Origin: Podarcis tiliguerta
Taxonomy: Eukaryota
Strand: one strand, 5' to 3'
NCBI GenBank assembly: GCA_965153285.1
Contig: OZ229126.1
Length of the DNA: 64,000 nucleotides
Below are positions 23,731-37,692 of the stretch, in pieces. The translations under genes and the position numbers were made by a program. How positions within the stretch are numbered: position 1 is the first letter of the stretch; the number at the start of each line of letters is the position of its first letter. The notes below the pieces were generated by a model. It was given only the letters and a program-made list of their open reading frames with translations. It was not told the DNA's origin and did not search any database.

Positions 23731-24529
23731 TACTAGAATATAATTTTGTTTCAAAATATCATGCCAAGATCCATATAAGCATTTGCTCATGCACTCAACC
23801 TTTTCTCCTCTCCCTTTATGATAAACCAGCAACGTAACCCAGATGTTTCCAGTTAACCATGGCTTCCCATTTCATAGAGTCATAGAATTGTATGGAATCG
23901 CTTGTAGGGTTACAAGAAGTTTTGTGAGGAGAATTATATAAATTACTGCAAAAGGCATTAAGTATGTGTTTATTTAGGATTTGGATCTATAGCAATAATT
24001 ATAGTAACAAAATGCAGAATTAGAAATGATTTTAGAAAACCATTAGACAGGGTTGAAGGAAGTCTTAGGCTGTGATAGCCAGAGATTTGATTTGATGTTC
24101 ATGAGATGTGATACTGGAAGATATGTGTAAAAAACAATAAAAATATTATTTTAAAAAAAGAATTGTAGAGTTGGAAAGGACCACAAGCGTCATCTAGTCC
24201 AACCCCCTGCAATGCAGGAATCTTTCCGCCCATCGTGGCGCATGAACCCACCACCCTGAGATGCTCTACTGACCGAGCTATAATCTAAACAGGAAAACTA
24301 TGCTTATGAGCCAGGATTTTGAAACATGGCTTGAGGTTGAGTTAAGATGGCAGGTTGTTCTGAGCCTGTTAATCATCGTTCACCGGTAGGGTAACTGTGG
24401 TTAATTGGAGACTTCCATGTTTAATCACTGCATGCTATGAAAAGGAGGAGAGAAGAGATTGCAAGAGCAGGCAAAAGGCTTGTTCAAACTTATTGAGTCA
24501 ATATATGATCATCTAAACCCATCTAAGCC

Positions 24530-25046
24530 CATGGTATGGCTATTTTCCACCTTCTCATTTCGATTCTTTGGCACCCTATCTGCATAATCTAGCAATTCTA
24601 AAATATAGATGCGCCTTTACTCTCACAAGATTGAATGTATTGCCCTCGGCTGTACTTGAGGGACGATTCCAACAGATTCCACACGAAAAACGCTTATGTC
24701 CCTGTGGAGATGGCGGTACCAAATCGGTGGTGCATGCCCTTCTGGCTTGCACTCTTTATAAAGACTTGAGGAATGAGATTATCACCCCTCTTTTATTGTC
24801 CATTCCGGGTCACCCAACCACTGCCACAGTGTTCTTTCTCTTGGCAGATCAGGATGAGAAGGTGACAGCAAAGGTTGCAAAGTTTTTAGCTGGGGCAATC
24901 AGAACAAGATCCACTATTGGACTATTGATTCAAAACCCTAAAATGTTTTTTATATAATTGACTTTTTATTTATATTCTTTGTATATCGTATTGTTGTTTT
25001 ATTGCTATGGCCAATGGCTGTCTCAAATAAAGATTCATTCATTCAC
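24530..25046 (+). mobile_element. Non-LTR retrotransposon 3' end (RTE-X-like)
   Basis: ORF 24568-24957 has a C-terminal motif RLCPCG..VVHALLACTLYKDLR; followed by AATAAA and an (ATTC)n tail. Clade call is tentative. Confidence 0.65.
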
Positions 25047-25422
25047 TCAACCTGTCCTATGTGGTGATTCTAGTTATAAAGGCAAAGCAAAATTTAGTAC
25101 AGAATCTTCACCCCCTACTTTTATACTAAGAATGTTAGATAAAGAGTGGAAGAATGTGTCTCCCTCAAATTCCCCTGTTTACCAAAAGCCACATTGCCTT
25201 GGTGTGTAAAAAGCCAAGATGACTAATAGAACCGTACAGCTGAAGACTGTGGACAGAGATAGATGAGGAATGAAAGTACAAAGAGATAAGTGGTGAACAT
25301 TTTCCCTTCTGCCCTGTCCCCAACTGGTAGGTCATTGGTTTGGCTTGAAAGGCTTATTTCATTGTTAAAATTTAGAAAGCGACTAATGCTCCATTGTGTG
25401 TGTTTACACTTGTTTTCTGCAG

Positions 25423-25561
25423 GATTAATAACTGCGTTGGTGAAGATAATCACTGGCTGTTTTTGCAGCTGTGCTTCTACACAGAACTTCTCAGTTCTTA
25501 TACGCTGCTACTTGATTTCTGCCACTGTTATTACTTTGAACCACTAAAAAAAGTTAATTGG
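25423..25561 (+). CDS. ZDHHC21: ZDHHC21 coding exon 4 (139 nt)
   Basis: ttttctgcag|.INNCVGEDNHWLFLQLCFYTELL...PLKKVNW|GTAAGA. Confidence 0.97.
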
Positions 25562-26542
25562 GTAAGAAAAAAATTATGCTTGCAAGATGTGGATAAATGT
25601 TAACATAATCACAGTTTATCATTCATAGTTAACTGTATGATAAGGGTGTGTGTGTGTGTGTTTTACCTGTTCTTGCATTCTAGGGTAGAGATGTGAATTT
25701 GGTTTGACATATGTAAATGTATGGATTTCTTTCCATCGATCTAGCAAATAGGAAAATGAGGAGGGGCCAAACACCCGACAATAGCTCTTACAAAACCAGC
25801 AAGTTGCTGCAAAATGCAAAGGCTTTTAAAGGTATCTATAGCGAATCTATAGGGAGAAAATAAAGCAATGTGGACCCTTGACATTGATTCTAACGCCTGA
25901 CAATTCTAAACTGCATTTAAACACAACAGTTTTGTTTATTTATATATATATTTATATATGATTATTTATATGCATTTCTGGTGCCACTCAGGGCACCTTA
26001 CTGTTCAAAACCACAATACAATGTTAAAATACAAAATGCACAAAATGCACAACAAATAAAACGCACAACATTAGTGTTGGGCCAACTATCACATGTTATG
26101 CAGGAAATACGATGGTTACATGTACACCAATGGTACACATTGTTCTTTTCCATACCAGCTTGGAGATATACTTGAGCACCTTTAAATGCCTAGGTAACAT
26201 AACATCAGGGCATACCAATGATCAAGCTCTCCAGATGTGGCAACCTGGGTGTTTACACAGATGTAAGCAAGTCTGGTTTTTTGGGTGGACAGGTTGGCAG
26301 AATCTGAGTGTTAACACCTTCCTTCACATGTGTAATGTTCATAGTGTCCTACCGAATTAGGACCTCTTCAGGAGACATGTACTTGCTCAGAGGCATATCA
26401 AGTATTAAGAGCCAAATGTTGAACCACCCTGATGTAGGATGTCATATACATGAAGAACTATGAACGTATATTCTTCCAGGAATGTACAGTCTTTGGGGTT
26501 GTTATATTCCCCAGATAAAAAGTGGTCTAGAAGTCAGACATG

Positions 26543-26940
26543 CAGTGCCGGATTTATGTATAAGCTAAACAAGCTATAGCTTAGGGCCCCACTTTCTTGT
26601 GGGCCCCCAAAAAATTTAAAGGAAAAAAACCCCTGGATGTACATTTCTAAAATATAAGATAAAAAAGAAATAAAATTAAAAGCAAATAAAACCTTCATAC
26701 AGCAGTGTTTTAATATACTTCTTCTTAATTTTATTTCAGTTCAACAATTACTTTGATAAAATACATATTTTGTTATGTGCAAATGGCTTTAGATACCCAT
26801 TAGGTCCAGAAATTACCATAAAGCATATATTCAACACAGAAAACAGCAACAATTTGTTGTTGACAAAGGACAGCTGGACATATAAAGGGCCCCATTACCT
26901 TCAGTAGCTTAGGGCCTCATCAAACCTAAATCTGGCCCTG
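26543..26940 (+). mobile_element. hAT family B element, longest copy in the window
   Basis: CAGTGCCGGATTTA...TAAATCTGGCCCTG; TSD CAGACATG / CAGAAATG. Confidence 0.9.
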
Positions 26941-28246
26941 CAGAAATGTATTTTTACAGGACCTCGGGCTCTGTCATAAAGGACCTCACAGATAAGAAGC
27001 ACAGTGTAGGCACTGTGTACAAAATCGATAGAGAGGTGCAATATTAAAGAATGGAATATATCAGCTTTTGAAAACAATTTTTTATGTATAAGGAAAATGA
27101 TCAAGGGAGAAATGTCATATTTTAGAGATGGGGACAAAGATACGGGTCCCAGGTGATTAATGTGGTGTATTATCATAGCTATCAGCTTTTGGGCAGACCA
27201 GGATTTTAAACAAACTTAAATCCATGGTTTAAGATCCTGACTGTTTCCAAAGCTGCTGGCCACACTTTCGCAGTTCAGAGTCTTGGGAAACTATGGTTTA
27301 TTATATATTTATTGGTTTAATCATTGATCGCATAAAGGGAGAAACAGAGGGTCTGCATATGTGGGCAAAACTCTTGTTGATATCTCAACTGATATCTTAA
27401 ACTGATTATAGGTCCCAAATTATAGATTTTGATGTTTTGAGAGCCTCTTGCTTCAAAAAAATAAATAAATCACGCCTTTGGCATTCAGTGTTGTTTGCAT
27501 ATTGCAAATGATTTGGTTCAGATGATTTGATAGCCGCAATAAAAAAAAAAATTCTGCAGAATTGGTAGCTGAGTGAAAAATATATGGGAATTCAGCCAGA
27601 TCTGCAGCTTCAGAAATGACATGAGTGTACTATTTGGCTCATTTCTGACTGTGTAGCTGAGGATTTGATATCCCCCATAAATGTGTGCCACCCAATCACT
27701 CATTCTGCTGTGTGACACTAAGGGACACAAACAGCAAGCAAAATCCATTTAATTGTCCTATAAAAACTACGTACAGTTTAAGACTATAGCTTAGTACGGT
27801 CAATGTTTTGCAGTAGAATATGTCCACTGCATTGAATTGATATTTTTTGTGTCTTGTACGTTTTCTAAGAATTTGATCCAAAGCAACTGCACTGGCACAA
27901 CTGCTTCTTGTGAATGCTTAGTTTTTCCATAAAGCTAATGATGACAGGAAGATGCACAGGTACAAAGGTTGTCACAGATCCACATACTTACTGTAGGTTG
28001 TAGGATCACACTGTTAATGACTTATCTGCCTTCTGGTCGTTTAAAAAAACCCCTGAATGAAACTAGCATTTAACTGTATTGCAATTTGTAAAACCTCACT
28101 TACATTAAATCTAAGATTAAGCATTTATTTTTATCCACCCCATCTTCTCTGACTTGATACCCATAGGGCATTTCAGTTCCTTAGACTTTTGTTATCTTTT
28201 TAAGCTACTGAATAAGATTTAATTTAATGAAAGAGATTGTTATTTT

Positions 28247-28624
28247 CCTTTTTTATAATATTTTTTATTGATTTTAACATATAAATTCTAAAATGTACCA
28301 CAAAGCTTATCACTAATACAATCTTTTTAGACTTCCATCAGCACCTCTGATAATCCACCGTTTCATCCACTTCTTATACATTTCTTAACTTTATATTATT
28401 TTTAAGTCTCTTAACAAATTATCCTTTACTTTATCAATTTTTGCAATACTTCCAATAATACTCCTCACAGAACTTCTTGTAAACCTACAAACGTCGTCTG
28501 GTCTTCACAAATACTTTTCAAATAGTCCGTAAATTTACTCCAGTCTTCCGTGAATTTCTGGTCCCACCGGTTTCGAATTCTTCCTGTTAATTTATCTAAT
28601 TCTGCATAGTCCATTAATTTCATC
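28247..28624 (-). mobile_element. L1-like LINE 3' fragment
   Basis: Minus-strand KLMDYAELDKLTGRIRN..KFTEDWSKF; poly(T) on the + strand; TSD TGAAAGAGATTGTTATTT on both sides. Confidence 0.85.
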
Positions 28625-29138
28625 TGAAAGAGATTGTTATTTGCATGATCCATAGGAACCATTTATTTTTTTTGCAGGATAAAAACTTAAGTATTTAAAA
28701 ATTGAAGTCCTTAAAAGTATAATATGTTTTCTCTCATTCGTTTAGTAGGCTGCAGATAATGTACTTTTTCCTCCAGTAGGAGGAGCAGTGTTACTACAAG
28801 AGCTAAAAAGGAACTGCACAAATCTATTAAGGAACTGTTGGTTTTTGTGTCCTGGCCACTGTCAGAAAGGATTGCTTATTTCGTATCTGACAGGTATAAC
28901 TTTTCCCGGGGAGTGCTGTGCTTTCCAGAAAGTATGAAAACAACATCTTGTACTTGACCAGCTTGCAGCAAGAGTGGCTAGCATGGGTCTCCATCTCTGT
29001 ACATTTTGTGTCTTGTTAAATCTGCTGGAATGATAATATGCCAAGTGGAGTCAGACCACTGTCTCATTTAGCTCTGGCAGAAGATTTCCAAAGTCTTGTT
29101 CAAAGCAGGATCTGCTTCTTTGGATCCTCTACATTGTA

Positions 29139-29387
29139 GAAGAAGAGGAAGAAGAGTTTGGATTTGATATCCCACTTTATCACTACCCGAAGGAGTCTCG
29201 AAGCGGCTAACAATCTCCTTTCCCTTCTTCCCCCACAACAAACACTCTGTGAGGTGAGCGGGGCTGAGAGACTTCAGAGAAGTGTGACTAGCCCAAGGTC
29301 ACCCAGCAGCTGCATGTGGAGGAGCGGAGACGCGAACCTGGTTCCCCAGATTATGAGTCTATCGCTCTTAACCACTACACCACACTG
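29139..29387 (-). mobile_element. tRNA-derived Squam3-like SINE
   Basis: Reverse strand CCAGTGTGGTGTAGTGGTTAAGAGCG head and (CTT)n tail; sister copy at 40250. Confidence 0.8.
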
Positions 29388-31273
29388 GGTTGTGCCCTGA
29401 CACTGGCCAGTTGAAGCAACTTCTAACTGTGCAGAAAAGCAAGTTGCGCCTGCACTCTTTCCCAAATATTTTTGGGTGTAGATCCATCAGTTCAGTGGGA
29501 GATGGCTTTGATTTGGCACCAGCAGCACTGCATGGATGAGCAGCAAAGAACCTCTGAAATCCTTGGACTCACGCAGCCAGGAGGAGAGCTTCAGGAGAGT
29601 TTAGTGCAGATCAGAGACCCATGCTAACACTTGTTAGTCGGACAAGGCAACTTCCTGACCCCTAGTTTGAATCTGACTTGCTGAGAATCTGACCAGATCT
29701 GGTTGTAAACCACAGCATCTGGTTTGTAGGTTAAGACAAGCAGTGTGGTCATTCTGACTATATGGGAGGAAAATACGTTGATTTGGTTTGAGGAAGGAAA
29801 TCTCTAATCTGGTGGTTCCTAACCTTTACAAATATGAGGACCCCTTCTTAACTTCAGAAAATTTCATGGATCTCCATATGCTGCTTGTCAGGGCTGGTGG
29901 AAGCCATAGTCCACACTATGGTCTACTCCTTTTCCAAATCCATTTAGACCAATCAACTAGATCATGTGCAAACATCATGGGTGTGCACATGAGTGTTCTT
30001 GTTTTTAAGCACCCTTCAAAGGGAAGTGTTCAATCTGGGATTTCAAGTGGTAACAGTTGAGAGCCCATGACCATGGTCAGCTTCTTGTATTATAATTTAA
30101 GGACATGTTGCATGTTTTTGATCATTCCTTGGTTTGAATGTAGGTGATTCCGCCACCACCCTCTTTTGCATGTTCACACAAGCAAACATATCTTGGAATA
30201 TGTGCAGCCATATGTTAGGGAAGATACATGAGTGGTTACACTCCCTTGTGATTGTATCTAGGAATTTGGGCATTTTTCTTCTTGTTAAATATATAATAAA
30301 TTAATGGTTCATATTGCAATCCTTTTGGGTTAGGATGTACTGAGGAATCTAGATGATATTTATTTATAATCCACTTGTCTGCTTAAAAGTACTCAGAATG
30401 GGATGTGTGGCATCATCATGGAGCTATATAGTACTAATAGAAATGCAAGTGCAATGATTTATAAAAGCAATAAGAAAATATGATATAGCCAATGCTTAAA
30501 AATCTAAACGATATGAAGAGTATGCCTCCTGTTTCGACAATGCATGGGAGCTAAGGTGTGGCTTGGGGTTTATTAATCTTGTACTGCAAGAGAGCAGGAG
30601 CAGAGGTGGTTTTAGGGCAGAGGGACCAGTTCTATGATGTCATAACTATGATGTAGTAGATTGATCAGAAGGCAAGAGGCAGGGGAGTACAGAATTTTGG
30701 CCTTGGAAAGGGCACTGCTGAAATTTACAAAGTCTTCCTCTGGCAGGAGCAAGTGGTTCAGTAGGAGTGCATTATTCTTACTCATAGTAGTAGTAGTGGT
30801 AGTGGTATTTATCATTTATTGAATTCATACACCGCCCTATACCCGGGGGTCTCAGGGCGGTTCACAGAATAGTAGTAGTAGCAGCAGTAGTATTACCAGC
30901 CTACCTTCACCAGTAGGTCCCAGGTTTAGTTGTAACAACTTAAAATTCAGAAACAGTAAAGTCACAGGAATATGCTGAGTCCTGAAAATACACACCTCAG
31001 ATGTCAAAGGCCAGGAGGTGTGCCTTCATTAGTACTCCTGACAGTGTGTCCACATGACAGGGTTTTAAGACTCTGGTATTAGCTTTGCAGTCCAAACAGC
31101 GACCATTTTGGGTGGGGGTTCCATTCCTGACCCCCGTGTGCATTGGTGGAATGTGTATAACCACTTCCGAGTTGGCAGTGCCAAGCATGCATGTGATCAC
31201 TCGTCAGTCGGACCGGCGCAAATCGGTCACTCCCTGTATTCAGCCTGGGCAAATGTATTCTCATTAACTTGTA

Positions 31274-31515
31274 CAGTGGTACTTCGGGTTAAGTACTTAA
31301 TTTGTTCTGGAGGTCCATTCTTAACCTGAAACTGTTCTTAATCTTAAGCACAACTTTAGCTAGTGGGGCTTCCCACTGCCGCCGCGCCGCAGCCATGCAA
31401 TTTCTGTTCTTATCCTGAAGGAAAGTTCTTAACCCGAGGTACTATTTCTGGGTTAGCAGAGTCTGTAATCTGAAGCGTCTGTAACCTGAAGCGTCTGTAA
31501 ACCGAGGTACCACTG
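31274..31515 (-). mobile_element. Tigger-like MITE, family A (reverse orientation)
   Basis: TA-flanked TIRs; interior is the reverse complement of the 2732 copy. Confidence 0.9.
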
Positions 31516-31961
31516 TACTTTGCTGTGGCAGATGAAGAGCAGTCAAGGTGGCCTGGTACATATGATTGATCTTGCCCTTAAGCTCTCAGTGATGTGCCAC
31601 TTTTGGCTTGCTCCAATTTCTCTTTGTGGAAGACTGTTCATCCAAAACCTTTCTTCTGCTATTGGCTACCTAGATTCCCTTTAAACACACAGCTGTATGG
31701 TGTGCATAAATTTTTGCTCATTCTCTGTAGGCGTCGGGGGGGGGGTGAGTCGTTCAGTGAGAATGAATTGGGAAAAAGAATCTGGAAGTGTAGAGCAGGT
31801 TGTACTTAACTGACATTCTGTAGCTTGAGAAGAGCTGTTCGACAGTGGAATGGTCTCCCTCGGGAGGTGGTAGACTCCCCTTCCTTGGAGGTTTCTAAGC
31901 AGAGGTTGGATGGCCATCTGCTATGGATGCTTTAGCTGAGATTCTTGCATTGCAGGGGGCT

Positions 31962-32340
31962 GGACGTTGGGGTGGCTCTGTGGTCTAAACCACTGAGCCT
32001 CTTAGGCTTGCTAGTCAGAAGGTTGGCAGTTTGAATCCCCACAATGGGGTGAGCTAACCCTTGCTCTGTCCCAGCTCCTGCGAAACAAGCAGTTCGAAAG
32101 CATGCCAGTGCAAGTAGATAAATAGGTACCGCTGCAGTGGGAAGGTAAACGGCATTTCCGTGCGTTCTGGCTTCTGTCATAGTGTGCCATTGAAGCAGTT
32201 TAGTCATGCTGGCCACATGACTCGGAAAGCTGCCTGTGGACAAACGCTGGCTCCCTCGGCCTGAAAGCGAGATGAGAGCTGCAACCCCATAGTTGGCTTT
32301 GACTGTACTTAACCATCCAGGGGTCCTTTACCTTTACCTT
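31962..32340 (+). mobile_element. Sauria SINE inserted into a CR1 3' fragment (~31820-32365)
   Basis: SINE body and (ACCTTT) tail; CR1 tail CCAACTCTACAACTCTATGATTCTA resumes after it. Confidence 0.85.
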
Positions 32341-33168
32341 CCAACTCTACAACTCTATGATTCTATAAGTGCTTCTTCCAGTGCCTGATTTCAACTGCAG
32401 CTTGTAGCCACAGTAGTTTTCTTAGGAAATTTGTTTTCCATCACCGGTCCACAAGCTAGTGGAGATTTATGCTGTTGATGTGAGGGGCAGTCTGTTCTCT
32501 GCATTCTTATAAACACAGCCCTCCATTGTTCCATAAGTTAAAAAAAAAGCATGAACCTGTCTGCATGGACCCTTTCAAAAGTGCATGTTTAGTACATATA
32601 GTTTAGTACACCTAGCACATTCAAAGAGTGAGAAATACTCCCAGTTGATCATGCGCTACATATTGACATGACCTTTGCTTGCACAGCTGTGTATACTGAA
32701 CTTTGTAAAGCTACCATTTCCTTTCCACACAGTAGTACCTGACTGGCAAATGTGGCTCTAGAAGGGCTTTGTTGGAAGAAAGAGAAAATTGAAATAGAAG
32801 AACAATTTAAACCTGAAGAGGACAGAACCCTTTTTTTTAACCCATCCATTTCTAACTTGCTAATTGTTTCATATGCTGTAAATTTTGTGGAACGAATATG
32901 AGATCTGTTGTTTCAGATTTGAGATTGGGTGCCAATTCAAAGACTTCCTCTTGCATTAAGAGGCCAGACATTGTTATCCTTCATTGGTCTGTATATATTT
33001 AGAAAGTTTGATGCTGAGCGAAACAGTACCCAACAAAAAAAGTATAATTTCACTTTAATTGTATTTCCTAGATCTAATTGTCTTTTTTCTTTCCTTTTCA
33101 TGTTTTGGAGAGCCTTTCTTATATGCAAAAGACAACTAAAAATTGTTTCTATTTTTCTTTATTTACAG

Positions 33169-33285
33169 GATATATTTGTATTTAGACATGAACTTGCCCT
33201 GATAAGAATATCTACCTTCATGGGTTTAATCATGCTGATTGGAATTACGGGACTCTTTTATACTCAGTTGACTGGTATATTCAAT
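33169..33285 (+). CDS. ZDHHC21: ZDHHC21 coding exon 5 (117 nt, phase 0-0)
   Basis: atttacag|DIFVFRHELALIRISTFMGLIMLIGITGLFYTQLTGIFN|GTAAGT. Confidence 0.97.
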
Positions 33286-33747
33286 GTAAGTATTTTATTC
33301 TTTCCTTCAGAATAACATTCCTCCCCTGTGCATGTTGTGTAAGTGCTTAAAAGTGTGCTAAGCTGTATATTGAATAAAAATACGCAATTCTTTACCAGGC
33401 ACAATCTATAACACAAAATATCAACAAATATGAGAACTTGAGGTACACTCAAAACACAACCAGACAACATCATTAGAGATTTGCAACTGGGTTTTTCTTT
33501 TTTCCATAGGGCAATTGGAGCCACAGAGTGGGATAGTGGAGATGATTTGGATCAGAATTGTAGCAATGGGGAGTTGGGGGAAATTATAATGTGGGGACGG
33601 TGGACAGTTTCAGCCAGGAAAGTGGTATGAAAAGAAATGGCTTATGCCCTTCTGCAGTGACACAAGCTTGGTATATAAAATTGGCATTTTTATTTTATTT
33701 TATTTTATATTTTATTTATACCCTCCCTATCTGGCTGGGTGGCTTCC

Positions 33748-33748
<1 letters not shown>

Positions 33749-33786
<38 letters not shown>
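33749..33786. repeat. (CA)n microsatellite
   Basis: About 19 CA units. Confidence 0.95.
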
Positions 33787-33791
<5 letters not shown>

Positions 33792-34597
33792 AATTAAACA
33801 TCAAACATTAATAGTAACAATCAGATCCTAGATAAAAAGTCACAATAACTTTAAAATAAACAACCTATACCAAATAAAACAATATGCAATAATGCATTAG
33901 AATCCAATAGTAAACAGATGTGTGTGCATCTGCTGCTAAAATGGAACTCAACAAATTTAAGCCCGGATCTCCCTTCATCTCATTTAATTGTCCTATCAGT
34001 TCTCACTCAAATAGTCATGAAAGTAAAATAATAATGGTAATTGTGTGATTTTTAATGTTTGTATGAGAAATGGGAAAGCTGCTCTTAAAAAAATGTATAA
34101 ATAAAAATAAAAATAAATAAAAATAAAAATAGATGTTTTGGGACTACACCTCCCATCATCCCTGACCACTGGTCCTGTTAGCTAGGGATGATGGGAACTG
34201 TAGTCCCAAAACATCTGGAGGGCCGAGTTTGCCTATGCCTGGCTTAGTGTGTCTTCTGGACAACAGGCTCATGGTTTTAGCTCTCTTGAGACTTGGCATG
34301 AGCTGTGTAAACCAGAGGACAAACTTGTATACAGCTTGTGGTAAGCCTGGATAGAGAGATAAACCACAAGCTTGCATTTGGACAACGTGCTAAGCAAAGT
34401 CACAGCTTAGCACAGTGCAGCAGCAGAAAGATTTGGGAGGAGCAAAAGTGACTGCAATCTCCTCTGGAGTAGCCTTTGCAGTAAGCCATGGTTTGCTTTA
34501 GAACAACTAGCTGACTTGTTTGCTTTGCACTAAGCCATGGTTTGGCTTAGCATGACAACCCCCCTATTTTGAGAAGCTGTACCAATGCCCTGGTAGG

Positions 34598-34751
34598 CAG
34601 TGGCGTAGCGTGGGGGGTGCAGGGGGAGCCGGCTGCACCGGGCGCAACATCGGGGGGGGGGGTGCTCACACTCGAGTGCTAAATTCCACTGGTTAGGGGG
34701 CGCAAATTACTTGCCTTGCCCCGGGTGCTGACAACCCATGCTACGCCACTG
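34598..34751. mobile_element. hAT-type MITE
   Basis: CAGTGGCGTAGC...GCTACGCCACTG; perfect 8-bp TSD CTGGTAGG. Confidence 0.9.
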
Positions 34752-36952
34752 CTGGTAGGACAACAGGTTATAGACTTATTTGTCTTAAATTTCACACAGA
34801 GAGATTTTGGAATAGAATGGTACTGAAATAATTACACATAGGTGTCAAAGGTGACACGAAGACTCAGTATTTCGTTGAAAAAAATGGAAATACTTGATTA
34901 TCATATAAAAAATTATATTTAATCATATTAGGAAGATGTCTTAGAAAAACTCCAAATCCATACTCCTATTTCCAATGTCTTGAAAAGATTTTGGAAACTA
35001 GTATCAACCAAAGTGCATGGGTTGCTATTTGGGAATTTTGGTGCATTCCCAAGACCCAATGACTGCCTTATTGTTCCCTCCCTTTTATTTTCATGCTTGT
35101 TTTGTTGGTTTGGTTAGATCCCTTGATCTGTATCTGGCAAACCTCATGCAGGTGGGTCAGTGAGAAACTTTCAAATGGAGTACATTTGCTTCTGATTTTA
35201 GGCATTTACGGCTGGTGAAATAATTTCCCAGTATGCTAGCTTTCAGTTCTTGTTCTAAGCTCATCAGTATATGTTACCATCATTCACCTGTGTTGAATTA
35301 TTGTTTTGTATGAATATGTACATGCATCCATCATGTCATTAATTACTGACACACCTTCTAGTAACTTGAATTAAGTGAGTGATAATTTAGAATGGTAAAC
35401 ATGTACTATATTATGCAATCACAGAATGTGAGTTGGGCAAGATAACCCTTTTCTTTCAGGTGGCTGGAATTTAGGGTAATGCTCTTACTGTTTGATTTGC
35501 CAGTGGTTTGCAAACAGAATGTTTTCTTACCAAACTCTGGGTCTTGATTTGGACACACCACTTGTCTGGAGCATTTTGCCATTTCTCCGTGTGTACAAAT
35601 GGAAAATCCAGCTTCCCAGTGGCTGCTGGAAGGTAACAGGATAATCACTTAAGCAGTGATCCTCTGATGTCATTGTGGGAGGCCAGTAAAAGCGGATTAT
35701 CTGTGACCCAGATAAAATAATTAGAAATTACTTGGACACTTACAAATAACTGATCTACTAATCTCATTTCCAAAGTTAAAAAAGGTCTGTCTCTCAACAT
35801 AACACTACCAGATGTTTCGGTTGAACTGCATCCTTTGAAGAGACTAATCTGAAGCCTAATTTTAAGGATTACCTTTGATTGTTTTTTATTTAAAATTCTA
35901 AACAGGATGCATTTTCATTTTTCCATATGCTCTTGCAAATGATTAATAGAGTTAAAGGATTTTTATAAATAAATTTAGCTCATACCCCGACATATTATTC
36001 AGTGAAAGACACAAACATAAATATGTCATTATGCAGGTGACATATTTTGCTTTTTGTACTGTTTACAATGTAATTTTCATTTCTCCATCTGCTTAAAAAA
36101 AAAAATTCCGAATACATTCTCATAGTTTTGTTTAATAGGTATTTTGCTGTACCCTCAACTGATTGTGCACTGACATTAGTAATTTGATTAATGCTGCCGG
36201 GGCTCCTTGTTAATTGCTTGTTTTAACTGTATATGATAATGTGATGGCACCATTGGAACATAAATACTGAACAGTTGGGTGGGAAGATAGAAAAGTTCAC
36301 TTTGTTTATAATGGCTTGAGAAGGAAAATAATAACAGTCAGTGGATGTAGAGGGCTTGTATTTATATTGTGCATTGGTTATTTTGGTACATTACTGCTTG
36401 CATTTGACACAGTGCTATATATCATCTCCTTTTTTAATTTTGCATTGTTAATTTACACTTGCCTTAAAGCAAAATTGGTTAACAATTGTAGGGCTCTTTT
36501 TCAAATGCTCAGGCTGAAATAAAACATGATACATTATCTGAATGTAACTCTCCTACATGTTGCATATTCCAGTTTGCTGCTCCAGTGTCTGTTACCTACA
36601 GATACAGATTACCATACATTTAAATAATATATTGTATATAACTTATTTAAATTTTTGGAAAACCATAGGTAGGGATGTGGCTGTGTGGAAGAAGCAAAGC
36701 CACTATACATTAGATAGGTTAGTAACCATCAAAACCTTGTGACGCAATTGGGGTGCCCAAACAGCAACTGCAACATTAACAAAAGAAAATAAATATTTAC
36801 ATATTGTAGCAACCCCTCCAGAATTCAACATTCATTGTTACATATGCCTTCCTCTGGAGGGGTATGTGAAGAACACCGTTTGGAAAGCTACCATATGGCT
36901 AATGAAATCAAACACATGGTCGCTTTCATGGAGAAGGGTGACTCTAGGTTTT

Positions 36953-37386
36953 TTTAGATATATATAATTTTTTTTATTAATTTTCAGTACAATATACATA
37001 TAGCTTATCTGCCAATCATCCGTAATTAAATTTTAGTTACGCATTTCCTAGATTTAATACTGCCTTTTTATATGCCTTCCTAATCTAGTTTCTTTTTTAC
37101 AATACTCCTCAACCTTTCACAGAGCTTTTTGAAATCCCACAAATGTTGTTTGTTCATCACATATATTTTTCAGATATTCTACAAATTTTCCCCAGTCCTC
37201 GATGAACTTATGGTCTCGTTGATATCTAATCTTCCCAGTTAATTTGTCTAGTTCTGCATAGTCCATCATTTTCATTCTCCATTCTTCCAGGGTCGGTAGT
37301 TCCTCCTGTTTCCATCTTTGGGCCATTAATATTCTCGCCGCTGTAACTGCATATTGGAAAAGTTTACAGTCCTTTCTATTTATTTC
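36953..37386 (-). mobile_element. L1-like LINE 3' fragment, same family as 28247
   Basis: AQRWKQEELPTLEEWRMKMMDYAELDKLT; TSD GGGTGACTCTAGGTTTT on both sides. Confidence 0.85.
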
Positions 37387-37692
37387 GGGTGACTCTAGGT
37401 TTTGGGTTCAACTGGAGTCTATCTTTCTAAGGAGGGCTCAACATATAGAATCATAGAATTGCAGAGTAGTAAGGGACAACTTCTAGTCCAACCCTTGCAA
37501 TGGGGCTTAAACCCATGAACCATGCTCTACTGACTTAGCCAGCAAGGAAGGTCATATGTGTGTTCCTTTTGGAAACACAGATTCAAGTCCTTGGATTGGA
37601 TAGCAAAACATTTAACACTGACAATTTTCAAAGGTTGTAAAATATGGACTGGAATACTTATTCTCACTCTGTCACCTTTAATTTCTATAGCA

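Noticed and set aside
24568-24957. 129-aa ORF inside a ZDHHC21 intron
   Set aside because: Retrotransposon C-terminus with AATAAA and an (ATTC)n tail; not a cellular exon.
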